Counted from the stretch's first letter, positions 1-10,384 are shown. The stretch: DNA of 64,000 bases from Candidatus Woesearchaeota archaeon (GCA_964613185.1 CAZTIP010000001.1:52716-116715), one strand, 5' to 3'. A program made the numbers and translations. The notes: generated from the sequence alone by a model not told the origin.

Positions 1-419
1 GGGCCAATACCTTTTGTTATTTTTGCAATTTCATATACTTCTGACGAAATAATTTCGGTATCGTGTGCAAATTCCAAACATTCATCAAAATTTTCATTCA
101 AATCACAATAATTTTCGCACAGTTCCTTAGTTTTGCAACTTCCAGGAGAAGTCCCTTCTTCTAAAAAAGGCAACACTTTTCTTGCCTCTTCAATATTTAT
201 TTTAGACATTAAATTATTTTTTTCAGCATAATCTAAACACACTCCAATATTTTCAACATCATCACAATAACTCTTGCATTCGCTTTGAGAATTGCAACCA
301 CCTAATTCTAAAACAGGATACTGAACTTCAGATAAATCTGCTAAAACATTTTCAGTTATTCCAAAAAAGATTCCAAATAATAAAAATAAAAAAAAGAGAA
401 ATTTAAATCTTACTTCCAT
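1..419 (-). CDS. Partial CDS running off the window start: secreted Cys-rich protein with two tandem Cys motifs. It begins with a signal peptide, MEVRFKFLFFLFLLFGIFFG, from an ATG at 417-419.
   Basis: Open frame translated by hand on the minus strand. Hydrophobic N-terminus. Two repeats of the pattern C-x5-C-x3-C-x7-C. The ATG overlaps the TGA of the upstream ORF (ATGA). Absent from the ORF track because it has no stop inside the window. Confidence 0.45.
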   Translation of the reverse strand, partial: MEVRFKFLFFLFLLFGIFFGITENVLADLSEVQYPVLELGGCNSQSECKSYCDDVENIGVCLDYAEKNNLMSKINIEEARKVLPFLEEGTSPGSCKTKELCENYCDLNENFDECLEFAHDTEIISSEVYEIAKITKGIG

Positions 420-622
420 CATCCACTCACCTCAAAAGGATTTGTTTGAATTCCAAAAGGATTGATATCTGTAACATTTAACACAGATGCAGTAGTTTTA
501 AATCCTACACCGTAATTAATTTGTTCATCTTCTTCAACATCAGAATTAAACATAAAGACTATTAAGAAAATACATATTATTAAAATCAGTGATAAAACTA
601 TCAGAGTAATTCTCCGCTTCAT
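419..622 (-). CDS. Small membrane protein (67 aa, one N-terminal TM), hypothetical.
   Basis: ORF-track ORF with a hydrophobic N-terminus. Translationally coupled to the downstream Cys-rich protein. Confidence 0.35.
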   Translation of the reverse strand: MKRRITLIVLSLILIICIFLIVFMFNSDVEEDEQINYGVGFKTTASVLNVTDINPFGIQTNPFEVSG

Positions 623-705
623 TATAAAACTACCTCTTTCAAATTTATAAACTTTGTTAAAACTAGGAAAAAGTTATTAATTTCATTAATCTATAATATA
701 TTGTC

Positions 706-1905
706 ATGGAATTAACCATTACTCCTTTAATTGTCATATTTTTAGGGATTTTGGCAGGAACATTCACAGGTTTAATTCCAGGAATCCATATAAATTTAGT
801 TGCATCAATATTCTTTACATCGGTATTTTTAAGTGGAATTCCTGGAGAAAAAATTTTAATTTTTATAGTTGCAATGGCAATCACGCACACCTTCATAGAT
901 TTTATACCTTCAATATTTTTCGGAGCACCAGACGAAGACACAGGACTTTCTGCACTTCCGGGACACAAATTTTTACTTAAAGGCCTCGGACATGAAGCAG
1001 TAACTTTAACAGTTTTGGGTTCTTCAATTGCAATAATTTCCCTAATTTTCTTAATACCTTTTTTCTTCTTAATAATTCCAAAAATTTATCCGTTCATAAA
1101 TCAGATGATGGCATGGTTTTTAATTTGGATTTCGGTTTTCCTAATTTTTAACGAAAAAGAATCAAAATCAAATTCATTTATTATTTTTTCACTTGCAGGA
1201 TTTCTAGGCATAGCCTCCCTAAATCTTCCCCTAAACCAACCACTTTTCCCACTACTTACAGGTCTTTTTGGTTCATCAACATTAATCTATTCATTAAAAA
1301 CAAACGCAAAAATTCCGGAGCAAACAATTGATAAACCAAATATTTCAAAAAAAGAGTTAATTAAGCCCTCAATCATAACTATTTTAATTTCTCCAATTTG
1401 TGGACTCTTGCCCGGTTTAGGGAGTAGTCAGGCAGCAATAATTGGTTCAACAATGACCCGAAAATTAAACAGGGAACAATTTTTAATTCTTTTAGGTTCA
1501 ATAAATACTTTAATTATGGCAATTTCTTTTATCACATTATTAGTTCTTGGAAAATCAAGGACCGGTGCAGCAAATGCAATTTCAAAATTAGACATTTTAA
1601 AAGAAAATATAATTGTGCCCATAACATTAACGATAATTTTCACCTCGATAATCGCAATAATTATCACAATAAAATTATCTAAATTTTTTTCAAAAAAAAT
1701 TCATAAAATCAATTATTCAAAAATTTCTTTAATGATTTTAATTTTCTTAACAATAATAGTATTCATATTCTCAGGAATATTTGGACTAATAACCTTCATT
1801 ATAGCAACAATTTTAGGATTAACAGCTACAGAAATAGGTGTCAGAAAAGGTTTTCTTATGGGTGCACTTTTAATCCCTACAATAATTTTTTATTTCCCAT
1901 TCTAA
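706..1905 (+). CDS. TctA-family (DUF112) multi-pass membrane transporter.
   Basis: 399 aa, about 10 TM segments, with repeated G-x-x-PG(I/L) motifs and a GLIPGIH motif typical of TctA/DUF112 permeases. Confidence 0.55.
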   Translation: MELTITPLIVIFLGILAGTFTGLIPGIHINLVASIFFTSVFLSGIPGEKILIFIVAMAITHTFIDFIPSIFFGAPDEDTGLSALPGHKFLLKGLGHEAVTLTVLGSSIAIISLIFLIPFFFLIIPKIYPFINQMMAWFLIWISVFLIFNEKESKSNSFIIFSLAGFLGIASLNLPLNQPLFPLLTGLFGSSTLIYSLKTNAKIPEQTIDKPNISKKELIKPSIITILISPICGLLPGLGSSQAAIIGSTMTRKLNREQFLILLGSINTLIMAISFITLLVLGKSRTGAANAISKLDILKENIIVPITLTIIFTSIIAIIITIKLSKFFSKKIHKINYSKISLMILIFLTIIVFIFSGIFGLITFIIATILGLTATEIGVRKGFLMGALLIPTIIFYFPF

Positions 1906-1937
1906 ACATTTATTAACCCAAAAAAATAAAATAAAAT

Positions 1938-2099
1938 ATGTTCAAGGAAGAAATTCTTTTAGGCATAACAGGAATTATAATTGGTGTTAGTATTTACTTC
2001 AAAACATCTTCAATACTTCCTTCGTTGGTTCCAACATTTCTAGGGATAGGGTTAATATTTTTCTATAAACGAGATGAATTGGTTAAGGCAGATTATTAA
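1938..2099 (+). CDS. Small 2-TM membrane protein (53 aa), a possible TctB-like accessory subunit.
   Basis: Hand-translated ATG..TAA ORF (MFKEEILLGITGIIIGVSIYFKTSSILPSLVPTFLGIGLIFFYKRDELVKADY) lying directly downstream of the TctA-like gene. It is below the ORF-track size cutoff. Confidence 0.3.
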   Translation: MFKEEILLGITGIIIGVSIYFKTSSILPSLVPTFLGIGLIFFYKRDELVKADY

Positions 2100-2115
2100 A
2101 TAAACCTTATAAAAT

Positions 2116-5100
2116 TTAAAACCATTTTTTCAAATCTTCTTGTTTCTCGTTATCTTTTCCAAAAATACTTTCAATATACATTTTGGTCAATTCCATACCT
2201 TCTTTCGTATAATGGGAAATATTATAATTTTCTGCCAAATTCATTGCGGGCTCCAAATATTTCTTAATAGACCCCTCACTAATTGTGAAAATTATTTTTC
2301 CCTTACAATTTGTACAAACCCCGGACAAGGGAGGTCTTCTAAATTTATTATTACATGCAACACATCTAAATTGTTGTTTAGCAAACTTTCTTAGATTACC
2401 TCTAATATCTCGGATAAAATGTCTTTCGATAATTAGTCTTGCAACATCTTCCGTATCTACTGCACGAATTTTAGAAACAATTTCCATTTGACCATTAACT
2501 TTATCTTTCATAGTGGGCAAAATTTTGTAAGCCCCATTCAAAACACCAATATTAAAATCAGAAGAATCATGAGTAAATCCCAAATTTACAAAAGGGTTTT
2601 TTCCAGAATTCAATCTATTTTTAACATTATCAATTTTGCATTCGCTAGAGTGTTTTTCTTTTTCGGCTAATTCATAAACTTCCAAAGGATAATGGTCACA
2701 AACCTCCAAATTTAAAATCTGGTCATCGACTTCTCCTGCCCTAATTCTTGCATTTAAAACAAGAGGTGCATCTTGAGTTCCTCCACGATGACTTGGCAAA
2801 AATTTTCTAGAAAAATTAATCAACACATCCATCAACATCATTACGGCAGCCTCATCTCCATCACAATCTCTTCTCATTGCAGCATGCATATAAGGACTGG
2901 CAGTCAATCCTTGAAGCTCATTAAAACCAATTATTCTTCCAATAACTCCTGCACAATTATGAGGTGCCATACAAACAACTAATTGGCCAACCAAATCTTC
3001 ACTAGATTTCAGATTATAATAAGAAGGTAATTTATAAAATTTTTCCAACTCTTCATCAACAAATTTTGAGATATGTAAAAAAATCTTGTCTGCCTTTTCA
3101 TCTGCAGTAACAGGACATGAAGGCAAAACAACATCATGGGGCCTCAATTCTAAAATTTGATCATCTTTAGATAAGATTTCTCCATTTATGTCATGAGTAT
3201 ATCCCAATTCTATTAATTTTTCAACACTTGTTCGAATCTCAAAAGGTTTAAAATGAGTCAAGGGAATTTCAGTACCATCATAACGTATTGTTCCATCTTT
3301 ATTAACAGCTAAATTATATTTCGCTCTCAAAATACCTTTAGATAAATGCTCAAAGTCCCTCCCATCACTACTAGTTCCTCTAATCCCTTTAATCAACGGA
3401 GGTACATCATAAGAATTATAATCCAAAAATTCTGTGGCCTGTTTAAAAAAACTTTTTGAATCAATTTTACGGTAAGTATAATTAACACTAACTTCATGTT
3501 TTTCGCAAGGTTCTTTCAATGTTGTTCTACATTCCCTACAATAATATTTCCGAACAGTTTTATCACCACATTTTTCACAAAGGGAATAGATTGTTTCATT
3601 ACCACACTTACAATAAAAGAGAGGCCAGTCAGATTTTATAAATCCGACCTTAACGGCATCCTGAATACTTCTAAAACGGCCACCTTGTTCTGAAACTGGA
3701 AAAAGCATATTTGGACTCCCAGTCAATTTACGAAGTTTAGCTTTCTCTGGACGACCCATTCTTGTCCCAATAAAATCTCCACTTTTATCCTTAATCCTAT
3801 ATTTAGACAGGCCATTTACAATTTTTAAAACATCGACTTCATCAACCGGATTATTTTTTATTTTCAAAATTTGTTCTTTTAAAGATTCATCTTCAGAAAA
3901 TTCTATACCTAAATTTTTCAGAAAAGGTAATGCATCTTTATTTAGCACAACATTATCCAAAACAACTTCGTGCTCAATTCCTAAAATTTCAAGAGCCCGT
4001 TTAGCTTTCGAATAATTTTCTCTAACCGAATTTTCCCAAGGCAAAACAAGTTTTCCATTTTCATTAAAAGAAATTTCTTTATCTGAAATATTTTCTCTCC
4101 AAACAGCTTTTTGAATCCAATCAATCAAAAAATAAAAGTCATCCTTAGAAATTTGATTCCAATAAAATATATATTTTGGATGTAAGGGTAATAAATATTT
4201 TTCACTTAATTTAATAGCTTCTTCAAAGGAAACATCAAAAGAATCCAAACAAATTTCTTCACCAGTAACTTCCAACTTTTTATCTAATTCCAGTTTCCAC
4301 CATTCTTCAACATAACCAGGTTTTACCAAATTTGCATTACGATCCATAACATCTCCCAAGGGAAATAAAATATCTCCCAAATATATTATTTCTTCAACTT
4401 CTGGATAAATTTTTTTAGATTCTTCAAAATTAGAAATTTTTCTAACAGATCCATCAATTAATTTAACTATAGGTCCATCAATTTGGTCACAGGAAGTAAT
4501 AATACATCCTTTAGTGGGTTTTTCAATCTTTAATTGAGTCCCATGAGATAAAAAACCATTTGAAATCCCCATAGTTGCAGGATGGATTGATGCAGCACTA
4601 AAACCTGCAACTCGGCTTCGCCCATATCGAAATCTAAATCCTCCAGAAACACTTGGATGTCCATAGACTGGACGGCCAGCAACTAAATCTTTGATATAAG
4701 TTGCAACAACATCTGAACTTCCCTTTTCTCTCTTATTATGGATGACCAAATATTCCTCCAAAAAATCCCATCCAGTACACTTCATTCCATTCTTTTTTGG
4801 AGATTTTAAACGGCCCCACCCTTTTCCAGCCTTTTGAGCAAGTCCTTCGCTAAAAGTCAGACACATTCCTCCACGGATAAAATTAGTATGAACTCTTTCC
4901 AAATCCTTAAAATTAGAAACTTCAAATTTTTCAGTAGGGTCACCAGAAATCTGTATAGGTAAGTTCTTTGCTAAAAAATACATTTCTTCTTCAGTTGGAA
5001 AATATTGTAAATTAGTAACTCTTTCATGATAATCTGTATTTTCAGTAATGTATCTTTTAATTTCATCTTCACTCGGATCATATTTAGCATAACCAAAATG

Positions 5101-5652
5101 TTCTCTTAAATAATCAATTAACATCAAAACTAAACATGTTGCAGTCGTTCCAGCAGAACGGATAGGTCCGCTAAAATTAACAATAAAATAATCTTCTCCT
5201 TTTTTCGTTTTTCCAAGCTGAACGCCAGTATAACCTTCAATAGGAGATGCAACAACTCCCAAAGTTAAATATGCAAACCCTACCCTAATCCCTGCATCAA
5301 TAGCTTCAATTTGATTTTCAAATTTATGAAATTTTTCTTCTGCAATTTCACGGGCAATAACAAAACTAACTGAAGTATCTAATTGTCCATGTTCTTTTTC
5401 CAATTCCAACATTCTTTTTGTAATTTCTTTAATTGGCAAATCCGGATAAATTGTCGTTATCAACCCAACAGATTTTTCAGCCATAGTCATTGCCAAAGGA
5501 ATTTCAACTTTATTCTCAGGATCCAACCCCTTAGACCTTGCCTCATTAGCAATTTTATATTCTTCATCAACTTTTTTAATTAAATTATTAAAATAAGTCT
5601 CATCATCCCATCCACAAATAACTTTTTCATTATCTACCATTTTATTTTCCAT
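2116..5652 (-). CDS. polC: DNA polymerase II (PolD) large subunit DP2, with no intein.
   Basis: 1178 aa. The N-terminus MENKMVDNEKVICGWDDETYF is typical of DP2. It carries a Cys-cluster zinc finger (CKCGNETIYSLCEKCGDK...CRECRTT) and a conserved C-terminal catalytic region. It overlaps the DP1 gene at its start, so the two form an operon. Confidence 0.95.
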   Translation of the reverse strand: MENKMVDNEKVICGWDDETYFNNLIKKVDEEYKIANEARSKGLDPENKVEIPLAMTMAEKSVGLITTIYPDLPIKEITKRMLELEKEHGQLDTSVSFVIAREIAEEKFHKFENQIEAIDAGIRVGFAYLTLGVVASPIEGYTGVQLGKTKKGEDYFIVNFSGPIRSAGTTATCLVLMLIDYLREHFGYAKYDPSEDEIKRYITENTDYHERVTNLQYFPTEEEMYFLAKNLPIQISGDPTEKFEVSNFKDLERVHTNFIRGGMCLTFSEGLAQKAGKGWGRLKSPKKNGMKCTGWDFLEEYLVIHNKREKGSSDVVATYIKDLVAGRPVYGHPSVSGGFRFRYGRSRVAGFSAASIHPATMGISNGFLSHGTQLKIEKPTKGCIITSCDQIDGPIVKLIDGSVRKISNFEESKKIYPEVEEIIYLGDILFPLGDVMDRNANLVKPGYVEEWWKLELDKKLEVTGEEICLDSFDVSFEEAIKLSEKYLLPLHPKYIFYWNQISKDDFYFLIDWIQKAVWRENISDKEISFNENGKLVLPWENSVRENYSKAKRALEILGIEHEVVLDNVVLNKDALPFLKNLGIEFSEDESLKEQILKIKNNPVDEVDVLKIVNGLSKYRIKDKSGDFIGTRMGRPEKAKLRKLTGSPNMLFPVSEQGGRFRSIQDAVKVGFIKSDWPLFYCKCGNETIYSLCEKCGDKTVRKYYCRECRTTLKEPCEKHEVSVNYTYRKIDSKSFFKQATEFLDYNSYDVPPLIKGIRGTSSDGRDFEHLSKGILRAKYNLAVNKDGTIRYDGTEIPLTHFKPFEIRTSVEKLIELGYTHDINGEILSKDDQILELRPHDVVLPSCPVTADEKADKIFLHISKFVDEELEKFYKLPSYYNLKSSEDLVGQLVVCMAPHNCAGVIGRIIGFNELQGLTASPYMHAAMRRDCDGDEAAVMMLMDVLINFSRKFLPSHRGGTQDAPLVLNARIRAGEVDDQILNLEVCDHYPLEVYELAEKEKHSSECKIDNVKNRLNSGKNPFVNLGFTHDSSDFNIGVLNGAYKILPTMKDKVNGQMEIVSKIRAVDTEDVARLIIERHFIRDIRGNLRKFAKQQFRCVACNNKFRRPPLSGVCTNCKGKIIFTISEGSIKKYLEPAMNLAENYNISHYTKEGMELTKMYIESIFGKDNEKQEDLKKWF

Positions 5653-7252
5653 TTTTCACAACTTCCTCAATTTTATTCTTATTAAGTTCCTTAACTTTTG
5701 AAGTTTCTCCCTCGCCAGGCAAATCATCTGAAAAATCTAAAATTTTTATTTCCCTAGTTTTTAAATTAAACAAAGGAACTTTACAAGGGTCTGGAACATT
5801 TCCAACTTTTTCTTCAAATGGTGTGATAGATTGCCAACAAGAACTAGCAATTAATAAAATATTATTATAATTTGAAATTTCCAATCGGTGTTGGTCTCCG
5901 GTAGTCACAATATCTGGAATAATATCTATAACCAAAGGGTCTTTATTCTCACAAGGGATATAATCCATTAAACCATGCATAGGTGCCAAATGCCTTCTCT
6001 TCAAAATTTCTTTAACAACAGTAGTAGGGGAACTATGCCCAAAAGTAGTTCTAATAAAAGGAATTTCATCAATTATCCTATTAATACTTCCTCCATGATA
6101 CATTAAAATTTTAAATCCTCCATCAATTTCTACAAGCGAAGGATTTGGAACTAAATGCAGATTTTCAATCTCGTGTAACCCTGGGGCCCATCTATCTCCA
6201 ATAATTGGTTGAGGTTCTCCAACCCAAACAGAATCATGTTGACCAGGACTCATAATCATTTGAACATCTTTCCTAACTAATTTAAAAATTTCTTCAACTT
6301 TCTTATATTGACCTAGTGAAGTTTTTTCAATTAAATGTTTTTCTTGCCCAGGGTAATGACTAACACCATCAATATTATCTCCATTAATAAACAAATATTT
6401 AACCTTTTTAGCAAGTTCTCTCTGTTTTTCATCACCTTCTTCTCCATTCAACCATTTAATAAATTTCAAAATATTTTTTTCCAAAAACATAGTAGAACCT
6501 GCATGTAAATCACTAATAAATGCGACATATTCATCAAATTCACTATATCTTTTCTCAACTAAAGCAGCTTCTGGATAAATAATTTCATTAGCAAAAAGAA
6601 TATCTGAAGTTCCAGTAACATTAAACGCAACAATATCATCTAAAAGAACCTCTTTTGTTTTATCAAATACTTCTTTCTTATTTTGATTAACTAAAACAAC
6701 TGAATTTCCCGTTAAATCTTCAACTTCTAAAAGTAAATTTTTATTTTTAGTAATTCTTTTATTAACTATAGAAACTATGATTGTATAACTTCCCCTATTT
6801 GTTCCTATTTTTCTTATAGAGCTCAAATTTTCAAAATCTTTTTTTTCCAAAATAGATTTCATAGATTCATAGCGCGCACGAAAATGATTTACGAAATCTT
6901 TCACAACCACTTTCTTTTGAGGAAATGCAGGTGCAGAAATTAATTTTAAACGACCATTTTGAACATCGCCAGTCAAATCATTTTTATTCAAATTTTCAGT
7001 TGGTTCAGTATTTTCAATTCCTCCAAATAAATTTTTAATTTCGTCAACATCTTCAATCAAAAAATTCTTAAATTTATCAAAATGTTTTGAAAACAAACTT
7101 TTAGTAATTACTCTTTCACCAATATCTAAATTTCCCAGAACCTCAATAACTCTTTTAGCTCCAGCTTCGTTCAATGTAGATAGTAAATCTAACATTTCCT
7201 TATCTAAAAGAAACCCTTTTCCCATACAAAGTTTTAATATTTCTGATGCCAT
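5642..7252 (-). CDS. polB: DNA polymerase II (PolD) small subunit DP1, a calcineurin/Mre11-like phosphoesterase.
   Basis: 536 aa with phosphoesterase motifs (DLHAGS, GDNIDG, GHHD-like). Its position between orc1 and DP2 matches the conserved archaeal oriC-orc1-DP1-DP2 arrangement. Confidence 0.9.
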   Translation of the reverse strand: MASEILKLCMGKGFLLDKEMLDLLSTLNEAGAKRVIEVLGNLDIGERVITKSLFSKHFDKFKNFLIEDVDEIKNLFGGIENTEPTENLNKNDLTGDVQNGRLKLISAPAFPQKKVVVKDFVNHFRARYESMKSILEKKDFENLSSIRKIGTNRGSYTIIVSIVNKRITKNKNLLLEVEDLTGNSVVLVNQNKKEVFDKTKEVLLDDIVAFNVTGTSDILFANEIIYPEAALVEKRYSEFDEYVAFISDLHAGSTMFLEKNILKFIKWLNGEEGDEKQRELAKKVKYLFINGDNIDGVSHYPGQEKHLIEKTSLGQYKKVEEIFKLVRKDVQMIMSPGQHDSVWVGEPQPIIGDRWAPGLHEIENLHLVPNPSLVEIDGGFKILMYHGGSINRIIDEIPFIRTTFGHSSPTTVVKEILKRRHLAPMHGLMDYIPCENKDPLVIDIIPDIVTTGDQHRLEISNYNNILLIASSCWQSITPFEEKVGNVPDPCKVPLFNLKTREIKILDFSDDLPGEGETSKVKELNKNKIEEVVKNGK

Positions 7253-7347
7253 TTTATAAAATCGGAGATACTACATTCCTAAGGGAATTGTCTCCAGTTT
7301 TTGAATACTTTTTAACAAGATTCTTAATTTAAATTAATTTATATTAT

Positions 7348-8556
7348 TTAAAGACAAAGAGCTTCAATTAAAATATCTTCAACTTTATTAAATAAATTAT
7401 TAGGTATTGATAGTTTAATTTCTCTAGTTCTACCATGTCTTCCTTTTGAAATAACCTTTGCATTAATCAAACCCAACATATCAATTTCTGCGATAATATC
7501 TGAAATTCTCCGTTGAGTTAGCTTATCTGTTTTAGTTTGGTTACACAATATACCATAATAATTATAGACATCTCCGGTAAAAAAACTAGATTTATCTTTT
7601 TCCTCTTTAGTTAATTGTAATATTGAATAAAGAACTAATTGGAATTGTTTGGGTTCGCTTTCAACAATATCTAAAATTTTATCTCTTTCCATTTTATTAT
7701 TCGCTAAATCTATATAATCTTCTGAAACAGTTTTCTCACCATCTCTTTCTGAAAGTTCTCCTGCAATTCTAAACAAATCTAAGGCTCGCCTAGCATCTCC
7801 ATGTTCTCTAGCTGCATAAGCAGCACATTTTGCAACAACACCTTCATCAATAACACCCTCATTAAACGCTTCTTCACAACGCCCGTTCAAAATATCTTGA
7901 AGTTGAATTGCATTATAAGGTGGAAAAACAAATTCTTCTTCACCCAATGAAGATCTTACTCGAGGATCTATATTTTCTAAAAAAGTAACATCGTTAGAAA
8001 TTCCTATAATCGAAAGCTGTGCATTTTCAAGCTCTTGATTAAGACGCGTAATAGAATACAAAAAACTATCTCCCATTTTCTTAACTGCCTGGTCAACTTC
8101 ATCAAAAATAAAAACAATTAATTGTTTTTTACTATCAACTAATTCTATAAATTTAGACCAAACCTTGTCAGTAGGGAGTCCTGTTGCAGGAACACTACCA
8201 CCTAATTTTTTAATTAATGCTGCTAAAATCCTATATTCTGTATCTGCAACCTTTCTCAGTTTACAATTAATATATTCAAATCGAACTTCAACATTCAATT
8301 CATTAGCTTTTTTAATAATTTCTTCCATAACATATTGAACAGAAAGAGTCTTACCAGTTCCTGTTTTTCCATAAACAAATAAATTACTAGGTCTATCACC
8401 TCTAAGGGTTGATCCTAAAATACTTGCAATAGACTTAATTTGTTCATCACGGTGAGGAATTGAATCAGGATTATAACGGACTTGTAAAACTTCTTTATTA
8501 TTAAAAAGACTGTTATTTATTGCAGAATCAAAAATATCCCCAAGTTCAACACCCAT
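7348..8556 (-). CDS. orc1: Orc1/Cdc6 replication initiator.
   Basis: 402 aa. Walker A motif GKTGTGKT, Walker B motif IFDEVD, an AAA+ core, and a C-terminal winged helix. Confidence 0.93.
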   Translation of the reverse strand: MGVELGDIFDSAINNSLFNNKEVLQVRYNPDSIPHRDEQIKSIASILGSTLRGDRPSNLFVYGKTGTGKTLSVQYVMEEIIKKANELNVEVRFEYINCKLRKVADTEYRILAALIKKLGGSVPATGLPTDKVWSKFIELVDSKKQLIVFIFDEVDQAVKKMGDSFLYSITRLNQELENAQLSIIGISNDVTFLENIDPRVRSSLGEEEFVFPPYNAIQLQDILNGRCEEAFNEGVIDEGVVAKCAAYAAREHGDARRALDLFRIAGELSERDGEKTVSEDYIDLANNKMERDKILDIVESEPKQFQLVLYSILQLTKEEKDKSSFFTGDVYNYYGILCNQTKTDKLTQRRISDIIAEIDMLGLINAKVISKGRHGRTREIKLSIPNNLFNKVEDILIEALCL

Positions 8557-9109
8557 AAAACCACCTTTTATTTAACATAATAAAAAAAATAAACAATACT
8601 ATTTAAATTCTCATATACTTAAAAAATAATAAAATAATTTAATCCTAAAATTCTCTGACCCCTCTATTTCACTTCCAAATAAAATAAATTATAATTTAAT
8701 TTTTATTTTTAATTATATCATTATATAAATTTTTTATTTTAGTTTTTACATTTGCATTAATAATTGATTATTTTACAATTATATACTAGAATATGTATTT
8801 TAGATAATATATAATAGATAATAGATATTTTAATATAACTATTATAAACTAACTATCTTAATATATATAATATATAATATAAATACTTATAAATAAAAAT
8901 TAAAAATAAAAAACAAAAACTTAAGAAAACATTTATAAATTTTTCCAAAAGAAACCATAGGGTCACACTAAAACAAGAATTAAAAAAAAAGAAATCTAAA
9001 ACAAACAAACAAACAATAAATTAGTAAAACAATCAAACAAAACATTCACTACTTAAAATCAATAAAAATTTAAAAGAAACATTTATAAATAATTTCAATT
9101 TAAACTAGT
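8557..9109. promoter_or_regulatory. Candidate replication origin (oriC). The ~550-bp ORF-free, extremely AT-rich intergenic region immediately upstream of orc1 is a likely DNA-unwinding element. It also holds BRE/TATA-like elements.
   Basis: The position is upstream of orc1-polB-polC. It contains long A/T runs and (TA)n / TAATAGA repeats. The motif AGAAA(A)CATTTATAAAT occurs twice, at about 8925-8941 and 9079-9094. The second copy sits about 20 bp before the ATG at 9110 and is a probable BRE/TATA promoter for a leaderless mRNA. Confidence 0.45.
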
Positions 9110-9364
9110 ATGGACAAAAAACCCTTCAAAGCTCTCCTCGGAAAACAATTAGTTACAAAAGAAGGAAGAAAGTTAGGGATAGTAAAAGATATTACTTTTG
9201 AAGCAAGAACCGGAGAACTTATACAAATAATTCTTAAAGATTTAACAACATATACCTCAAATTTATCCTTAGAAAGGACAAAAGACAGGGAGGCATTAAT
9301 ACCTTATAATTCTGTAATCGCCGTTGGCGATTTCATAGTAGTTTCAGAAGAAGATTTATTATAA
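9110..9364 (+). CDS. PRC-barrel domain protein (84 aa).
   Basis: The pattern ...KEGRKLGIVKDITFEARTGELIQIIL... is typical of small archaeal PRC-barrel proteins. Confidence 0.5.
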   Translation: MDKKPFKALLGKQLVTKEGRKLGIVKDITFEARTGELIQIILKDLTTYTSNLSLERTKDREALIPYNSVIAVGDFIVVSEEDLL

Positions 9365-9419
9365 ATCTAAGATTAACAAATTACATAAATTTATAAAGCA
9401 TTTTTATTAAAATAATATC

Positions 9420-9824
9420 ATGGAAGAATTAAGACTAGCGGGATCAAAAATATTGAAGATAGAAGCAGAAAGAAATCCAGAGTTCAGTGGACAAGTGACT
9501 ATGGAAACAAATATAAAACTTCAAGAAGTGGAGTCTATAAAAGAAGTAAAAGATACTCTAAAAGCAGCATATACTTTTGAAGTAAATTATGCAGATTTAG
9601 GAAAAGTAAAAATTGAAGGACAATTATTCATAAAAACAACTTCAAAAGTTGCAAAAGAGCTTCAAAAATCAATAAAAGACAAAAAATATGACAGTCCAGA
9701 AAATATTGCAATAACTAACTTAATAATTCAAAAAGCTTCAATAAAAGCCTTTGAAATAGAAGAAGAATTAGGATTACCAATCCATATAAGACTTCCAACA
9801 GTAGAATTTAAGAAAAAAGAATAA
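9420..9824 (+). CDS. Hypothetical protein (134 aa).
   Basis: Clean ORF with no recognisable motif. Confidence 0.5.
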   Translation: MEELRLAGSKILKIEAERNPEFSGQVTMETNIKLQEVESIKEVKDTLKAAYTFEVNYADLGKVKIEGQLFIKTTSKVAKELQKSIKDKKYDSPENIAITNLIIQKASIKAFEIEEELGLPIHIRLPTVEFKKKE

Positions 9825-9907
9825 TTTTTGACAGTTTAACTAAGAAAATTTATAATAATTTTAATATACTAAACATATTTATACTAAATCATTACTAAGA
9901 TCTTAAA

Positions 9908-9988
9908 GCTCACATCGCATAATGGTATTGCACCAGGTTCGAACCCTGGGTCTTTCGAGACATCCCCGTTCGATTCGGGGTGTGAGCG
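9908..9988 (+). tRNA. tRNA-Ser (anticodon CGA), class II with a long variable arm. No CCA is encoded.
   Basis: Folded by hand. Acceptor GCTCACA/TGTGAGC with discriminator G. Anticodon stem CCAGG/CCTGG with loop TTCGAAC. Variable arm GTCTTTCGAGAC. T-arm CCCCG-TTCGATT-CGGGG. Confidence 0.85.
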
Positions 9989-10035
9989 TAATAATAAATC
10001 CAAAAACATATAAAACAATTAAACTAAAGAGTGAT

Positions 10036-10305
10036 ATGCCAAAAATATCTTCACAAAAAATAGAAAAAATTTCTGAACAAATTTTGTTACATTTATTTAA
10101 ATCATTTCCAAAACAAATTTTTACATCTGAAATAGCGAAAGAGCTTGCAAGAGATGAAGAATTTACAAAAAAATTACTTTTAGAATTAGAAAAAAAGAAA
10201 TTAATTATAAAAATTAATAAAAATTCTAAAGGATTGGAATATTCTAGAAGGTTGAGATGGAGAATTTCAAATAAAACTTATGAAATATACAAAAAACACC
10301 AATAA
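10036..10305 (+). CDS. Small winged-helix DNA-binding protein (89 aa).
   Basis: The ORF-track ORF 9922..10305 overlaps the tRNA, so the start was moved to the internal ATG at 10036 (MPKISSQK...). The pattern ...FTSEIAKELARDEEFTKKLLLELEKKKLI... resembles a MarR/PadR-type wHTH. Confidence 0.55.
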   Translation: MPKISSQKIEKISEQILLHLFKSFPKQIFTSEIAKELARDEEFTKKLLLELEKKKLIIKINKNSKGLEYSRRLRWRISNKTYEIYKKHQ

Positions 10306-10384
10306 TTAACTTTTATTTTTAAAAAATTTAAAATATATTTCTCAAAACAACTAATAATATAAAGTAAATCCCTTTTATTTAATA

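Noticed and set aside
663-968. 101-aa minus-strand ORF.
   Set aside because: It is entirely antisense to the TctA-like gene and has low-complexity composition. It is a shadow ORF.
2140-2982. Several 60-90-aa + strand ORFs (2140..2394, 2285..2491, 2488..2670, 2773..2982), plus 3496..3693 and 5383..5583.
   Set aside because: All are antisense shadows inside the PolD DP2 gene.
9922-10035. N-terminal 38 codons of ORF 9922..10305 (MVLHQVRTLGLSRHPRSIRGVSV...).
   Set aside because: This stretch overlaps the tRNA-Ser gene and is Arg/Ser-rich nonsense. The true CDS starts at the internal ATG at 10036.
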